Of a DNA stretch of 64,000 nt, positions 59,378 through 64,000 are shown piece by piece. The position numbers and the translations under genes are program-made. Below the pieces are notes generated by a model. That model was not told the origin of the DNA. It made no database searches and saw only the letters and a list, made by a program, of their open reading frames with translations. This DNA is from an uncultured Nitrospiraceae bacterium (GTDB lineage Bacteria; Nitrospirota; Thermodesulfovibrionia; Thermodesulfovibrionales; Dissulfurispiraceae). Numbering within the stretch: the first letter of the stretch is position 1; each line of letters opens with the position of its first letter. The DNA lies in the NCBI GenBank assembly GCA_963727805.1, contig CAVSHF010000003.1, positions 2,240,001 to 2,304,000 of the forward strand. Direction: 5' to 3'.

Positions 59378-60070
59378 ATGTTTATCGATAAGTCGATGAC
59401 GAGAGATGTTATTACGATTCACCCGGAGGCAACTCTCCTTGATGCTAGGGCAAAGATGGATGAACACCATATCAGGCATCTTCCTGTGATAAGAGAGGAT
59501 AATACCGTAATCGGGATCATTACCGACCGTGATTTACGAAGCGCGCTGCCATCCGTGTACTCGACTTGCCTGGAAGATCCGAAGGAAAGGGAACGGATTT
59601 CCGAACTAAAGGTTGGGGATGTCATGACTAAAAGTCCGATCACCATTTCCCCAATGAACACACTTGAGGATGCGATTATGATGATGCACAAGATGCGTAA
59701 GGGAGCTTTCCCAGTTGTTGATAATGAGGGGAAATTGAAGGGCATTATTTCAACCCGCGACCTGATTCGTGCATTTATTAATGTGCTGGGCATTGAGAAC
59801 CCCGGCACTCTTTTGTGTATTGAAGTGGAGGACAAACTCGGGCAGATGAAAAGGATCGTTGACGCGATTACCGAGGAGAAAATATCCTTCGGGAGCATCC
59901 TTGTTGCCAGGCACTGGGATGAGGGAAAGAGGGCTATTTTCCCCTACCTGCTAACGAACAATGTGGTTAAAGTGAAGAAGAAACTTGAGGGCATGGGATA
60001 CACGTTGCTCAACCCGATGGAATGGTCTCTGGAGCAGCTCCCCAGGAACAGCGGGACAAAATCAGGATAA
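59378..60070 (+). CDS. AcuB-like CBS-pair + ACT-like protein
   Basis: MTRDVITI, IRHLPV, GIITDRDLR, C-terminal EDKLG; next to the deacetylase. Confidence 0.85.
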   Translation: MFIDKSMTRDVITIHPEATLLDARAKMDEHHIRHLPVIREDNTVIGIITDRDLRSALPSVYSTCLEDPKERERISELKVGDVMTKSPITISPMNTLEDAIMMMHKMRKGAFPVVDNEGKLKGIISTRDLIRAFINVLGIENPGTLLCIEVEDKLGQMKRIVDAITEEKISFGSILVARHWDEGKRAIFPYLLTNNVVKVKKKLEGMGYTLLNPMEWSLEQLPRNSGTKSG

Positions 60071-60192
60071 TGACTGAAGGCCGGCAGCCCGGTGTTGATA
60101 CAAAGTATAGATGCAGGAAATATTCAGGGGGGCTTCAGCGCCCTGAATCCTATTTGGTCTTACTAAAGAAATGCTTCCAGAGGATCTGAATT

Positions 60193-62889
60193 ATGTCCAT
60201 AAAATATCTCGACTCTTTTTTCAATCCGAAACGAATAGCGGTCCTCGGGGCGAGTGAGGACCCAATAACCATTGGGTGCTCTGTTTTCGGCAACCTGATA
60301 GGCAAGGGCTATAAGGGAGCGGTCTATCCCGTAAACAGCCGCGTTGACTCGGTCCAGGGGGTTGAGGCATATCGCAAGATTGCCGATATACAGCATGACC
60401 TCGACCTGGCTATTCTAGCCGATGGCAGCGAGTTACTGCTCGCGCAGCTCGAAGAATGCGGTCAAAAAGGAGTGAAAGGAGTCATCATTCTCTGTCCCGA
60501 TTTTCACTACCGGGCAGCGGACCCGCAACAAATGGAAGTAAAAATCAAGGACCTCTCGCAGAAATATGGATTCAGGGTGCTGGGTCCTAATTCACTCGGC
60601 TTCATCAGACCGGGCAAGGGGATCAATGCAAGCATCTATCCAAATATGCCTCTCAAAGGCAATATCGCATTTATCGCGCAAGGCTCGACTCTCGCCAGCG
60701 CCCTTTTGGACAGGGCGGTAAGCAAGAAGGTGGGATTCAGTTACTTTGTTTCGCTTGGGTCAAAATTCGACATCGATTTTGCCGATATGATCGACTTCCT
60801 TGGCGTTGACCCTTCGACACGAGCCATAATCCTTTATGTGGAATCCCTCTGGAACGGCCGCAAATTCATGACTGCAGTTCGTTCTTATTCTTATAGCAAA
60901 CCTATCGTCGTCTTCAAATCAGGAAAATACGAAGAATCAGCCCATATTGCACTGACGTATTCCGGGAGATTGGCCGGCGAAGACCTCGTCTACGATGCCG
61001 CTTTCAGCAGGGCAGGTGCTGTCAGGGCAGACGAGCTTCTCGATCTCTTCTACCTCGCTGAGACCCTTTCCAAACAGCCCCGGCCGAAGGGAAACCGTCT
61101 TGCAATAGTATCAAATGCAGGAGGGCCGGCAGTGATAGCAGTCGATACGCTTTTGAAACAAGGGGGTGTTTTGGCACCGCTCGGCCCGGACACGATCACC
61201 GAACTGAAGACTGTACTACCGCAGTCAAAAAGGGTCGTGCAGAACCCGATTGATCTCCTTTCCGATGCCTCTCCCCAGCAGTTTCAAACGGCAGTTGTCA
61301 GTTGCCTAAAGGATGAGGATGTTGATGGCGTTCTCGTCATCCAGACACCGCATTTCGGAGCGAAACCAAACGAAACCGCAGAAGTGATCGCAGCGGCATC
61401 GAAGGCAAATCCCTACAAGCCGCTTTTTACTTCCTGGATGGGAGAGGAGTCGGTTGCATCTGCAAGAGAAGTCCTCATAGACAAGGGGATCCCTACTTTT
61501 ATTACTCCTGAGCAGGCGGTAAGGAACTTTATCTACATGTACCGATATGGCGACCATCTGCAACTCCTTCTGGAAACCCCCGAAGATATCCTTAAAGATT
61601 TCTTTCCTGAAAAGGGGAAGGTCGCATCGATAATCAAAGGGGCTTCCGAAAGACGAAAGCTACTCTTTAACCTGAATGAAGCTAAGGATATTCTCACTGC
61701 TTACGGCATTCCCGTCATACAGACTGAAAAGGCTTTCAGCGAGGAAGACGCACTCCGCATCGCCGAGCAGACCGGCTATCCTGTGGTGTTGAAAATCGAC
61801 ACGCCGAAGATTTTTCATAAATTGAAGAAAGGCGGCGTCATTCTCAATATCAGAGACAGGGATACTGTTGCCCAGGCGTTCAGGTCGCTCAGAGAGCTTG
61901 CCGCCAATGTGGGAGACCCTGGCGCGCCTGTACTTGTCCAGCCGATGATCATCAAGCATGGCTACGAGGTCGCGATCGGCGCAAAGAAGGACCCGACCTT
62001 CGGCGCTGTAATACTCTTCGGCATTGGTGGTGAACTCCTTGGTGCGCTTGAAGATTACGCGGTCGCCCTGCCGCCTCTTAATCAGGCGTTAGCCAAACAT
62101 ATGATGATGGAGACAAAGATCTTCCGCTATCTCCAGAGCCGGCCTGAGTATGCCGAGGTCATAAAATATCTCGAAGAAATCGTAGTGAGATTTTCGCAAC
62201 TGATCGTCGATTTCCATCACATTAAGGAAATCGATATCAATCCATTCTTTATCACTGAGAACGGAGGCTTTGCCCTCGATGCTGGGATTGTATTTGAAGA
62301 CGAGATCCTTGACGGCTTTGTGCAAAATGAAGGAGAATTTTGTCCGCCGCACCTCTCGATCTGCCCTTATCCGAGAAAATTTGCAACCGAAATTACGCTG
62401 AAAAATGGCACGCCGGCAGTCATCCGGCCGATACGCCCAGAAGATGAACCCATGATTGGCGAGCTGTTCAAGAGCTTTTCCGAACAGACCATCGTTTTGC
62501 GCTTTTTTCAACGATTCCCCCAATTCGCACATGAACAACTCGTAAGATATTGCCAGATCGATTACGACAGGGAGCTTGCCCTTGTTTGCGTAATCGAAGA
62601 TGGTGGACACGAAAAAATTATCGGAGATGTTCGAATGATAAAGCTCGCCGACATGGAAAACGCTGAAATGGCGATAATGGTGTCTGATCAGTGGCAGGGA
62701 ATGGGTGTTGGTATTGCGCTTTCAACGCACTGCCTTAAGGTAGCTCGTGATGCGGGGATAAAGAGGATCACTATGGACATATTGATAATAAACACCTACA
62801 TGCAGAACCTGGCGAAGCGCCTGGGATTCAAGAGGACCCATTCATACGACGATTATGTCGAAGTTGTATATGAAGTGAACGGGGAATAG
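60193..62889 (+). CDS. Pat/PatZ-type protein lysine acetyltransferase (NDP-forming acyl-CoA synthetase-like + GNAT)
   Basis: IAVLGAS, GPNSLG, SNAGGP, NPIDL, DPTFG, IRPIRPEDE, QIDYDRE, WQGMGVG. Confidence 0.9.
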   Translation: MSIKYLDSFFNPKRIAVLGASEDPITIGCSVFGNLIGKGYKGAVYPVNSRVDSVQGVEAYRKIADIQHDLDLAILADGSELLLAQLEECGQKGVKGVIILCPDFHYRAADPQQMEVKIKDLSQKYGFRVLGPNSLGFIRPGKGINASIYPNMPLKGNIAFIAQGSTLASALLDRAVSKKVGFSYFVSLGSKFDIDFADMIDFLGVDPSTRAIILYVESLWNGRKFMTAVRSYSYSKPIVVFKSGKYEESAHIALTYSGRLAGEDLVYDAAFSRAGAVRADELLDLFYLAETLSKQPRPKGNRLAIVSNAGGPAVIAVDTLLKQGGVLAPLGPDTITELKTVLPQSKRVVQNPIDLLSDASPQQFQTAVVSCLKDEDVDGVLVIQTPHFGAKPNETAEVIAAASKANPYKPLFTSWMGEESVASAREVLIDKGIPTFITPEQAVRNFIYMYRYGDHLQLLLETPEDILKDFFPEKGKVASIIKGASERRKLLFNLNEAKDILTAYGIPVIQTEKAFSEEDALRIAEQTGYPVVLKIDTPKIFHKLKKGGVILNIRDRDTVAQAFRSLRELAANVGDPGAPVLVQPMIIKHGYEVAIGAKKDPTFGAVILFGIGGELLGALEDYAVALPPLNQALAKHMMMETKIFRYLQSRPEYAEVIKYLEEIVVRFSQLIVDFHHIKEIDINPFFITENGGFALDAGIVFEDEILDGFVQNEGEFCPPHLSICPYPRKFATEITLKNGTPAVIRPIRPEDEPMIGELFKSFSEQTIVLRFFQRFPQFAHEQLVRYCQIDYDRELALVCVIEDGGHEKIIGDVRMIKLADMENAEMAIMVSDQWQGMGVGIALSTHCLKVARDAGIKRITMDILIINTYMQNLAKRLGFKRTHSYDDYVEVVYEVNGE

Positions 62890-62918
62890 CCATTAAATCC
62901 TTCGTGGTATAATGTTGA

Positions 62919-64000
62919 ATGCGAATACTGTATAGTGACAAACAGTTGCAGGCTTTTTTACAGGTACTCAGGAAACGTGCTGCCGGAGTCAGTCCCGATA
63001 TTGAAAAGAGTGTTAGGGATATCCTTGCGGATGTGCGTAAGAAAGGTGATATAGCGGTCGCCAAATACACAAAGCGATTTGACAGGCATGTACTCCCTAT
63101 CAGGATAAAACCGTCCGAGATCAACGGATATGCGCGGAAGGCCACCAAGCACATCATGGAGGCACTTGAGCTTTCGGCTTCGAGAATTTATGATTTTCAC
63201 AACCGTCAGAAAGAAGACTCATGGTTTTTTGAAAAAGGTGGTATCATCTTAGGCCAGATTATTCGCCCCCTGGAAAGGGCCGGTGTATATGTACCGGGGG
63301 GGAAGGCATCTTATCCGTCGACGGTTCTGATGAATGTGATTCCGGCCCAGGTCGCCGGCGTTAAAGAGATCGCGGTCTGTGTGCCAACACCTGCGGGTGA
63401 GATCAATCCATATGTTATGGCAGCAATACAGCTTCTGGGGATCAAGGAGGTATATCGTGTCGGCGGCGCCCAGGCTATAGGCGCGATGGCATATGGTACC
63501 GGGAGCATCAGGAAGGTCGATAAGATAGTTGGCCCCGGCAATATTTTCGTCGCCCTCGCAAAGAAGATGGTCTTTGGGGAAGTAGATATTGACATGATCG
63601 CCGGTCCCAGCGAGATACTGATAATTGCCGATGATACGGCAAACCCCGTTTTCATCGCTGCCGATATGTTGAGTCAAGCGGAACATGACGAGCTCGCTTC
63701 AAGCATTCTTATTACACCGTCTGACACAGTTATCGAAAATGTGACGCAAGAATTGAGATCCCAGCTCAAAACCTTAAAGCGCCATGAAATCGCAAAGAAG
63801 TCACTTGGCAAATACGGAGCGATTATAAGGACGAAGAGCGTAGATGCAGCGACTGCTATTGCCAATGCAATTGCTCCCGAACACCTTGAAATAATGACTG
63901 AAGCCCCTGAAGAGGTCGTTGCAAAGGTCAAAAATGCCGGAGCGGCCTTTCTTGGGCCGTGGACGCCGGAGCCGCTGGGTGACTATTCTGCTGGACCAAA
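62919..64000 (+). CDS. hisD: Histidinol dehydrogenase (runs off the window end)
   Basis: RPLERAGVYVPGGKASYPSTVLMN, VGGAQAI, GPGNIFV, IDMIAGPSE, SQAEHD, APEHLE, EPLGDYSAGP. Confidence 0.96.
   Translation, partial: MRILYSDKQLQAFLQVLRKRAAGVSPDIEKSVRDILADVRKKGDIAVAKYTKRFDRHVLPIRIKPSEINGYARKATKHIMEALELSASRIYDFHNRQKEDSWFFEKGGIILGQIIRPLERAGVYVPGGKASYPSTVLMNVIPAQVAGVKEIAVCVPTPAGEINPYVMAAIQLLGIKEVYRVGGAQAIGAMAYGTGSIRKVDKIVGPGNIFVALAKKMVFGEVDIDMIAGPSEILIIADDTANPVFIAADMLSQAEHDELASSILITPSDTVIENVTQELRSQLKTLKRHEIAKKSLGKYGAIIRTKSVDAATAIANAIAPEHLEIMTEAPEEVVAKVKNAGAAFLGPWTPEPLGDYSAGP

Overview
Bacterial chromosomal window. Gene content and order suggest an anaerobic Gram-negative organism, possibly Nitrospirota/Thermodesulfovibrionia-like (inference only). 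1-5.9 kb: housekeeping block (NarL-type regulator, DRTGG protein, queC-plsY-pgsA-kdsC-kdsD) ending at a tRNA(CAT). 5.9-28.4 kb: accessory region crowded with mobile DNA: three IS110-family elements (two IS1111-type, whose non-coding ends visibly contain guide-like matches to their own insertion sites), an ORF-less group II intron, an intact IS3, and a 3.5-kb TIR-bounded IS1-like cargo transposon with a PIN toxin-antitoxin pair nested inside an IS110 transposase. It also holds several gene remnants and a DedA-rhodanese fusion that appears to read through UGA as selenocysteine. 28.9-64 kb: acetate/acetyl-CoA metabolism and lysine-acetylation control (2x acs, 2x HDAC-family deacetylase, AcuB-like, Pat-like GNAT, pta-ackA, DUF294/DnaQ pair, OFA-type MFS), interrupted by a second near-identical ORF-less intron and a 2911-aa cyclic beta-1,2-glucan synthase; the window ends in hisD. 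All calls come from reading the sequence by eye; no database searches or folding calculations were run.
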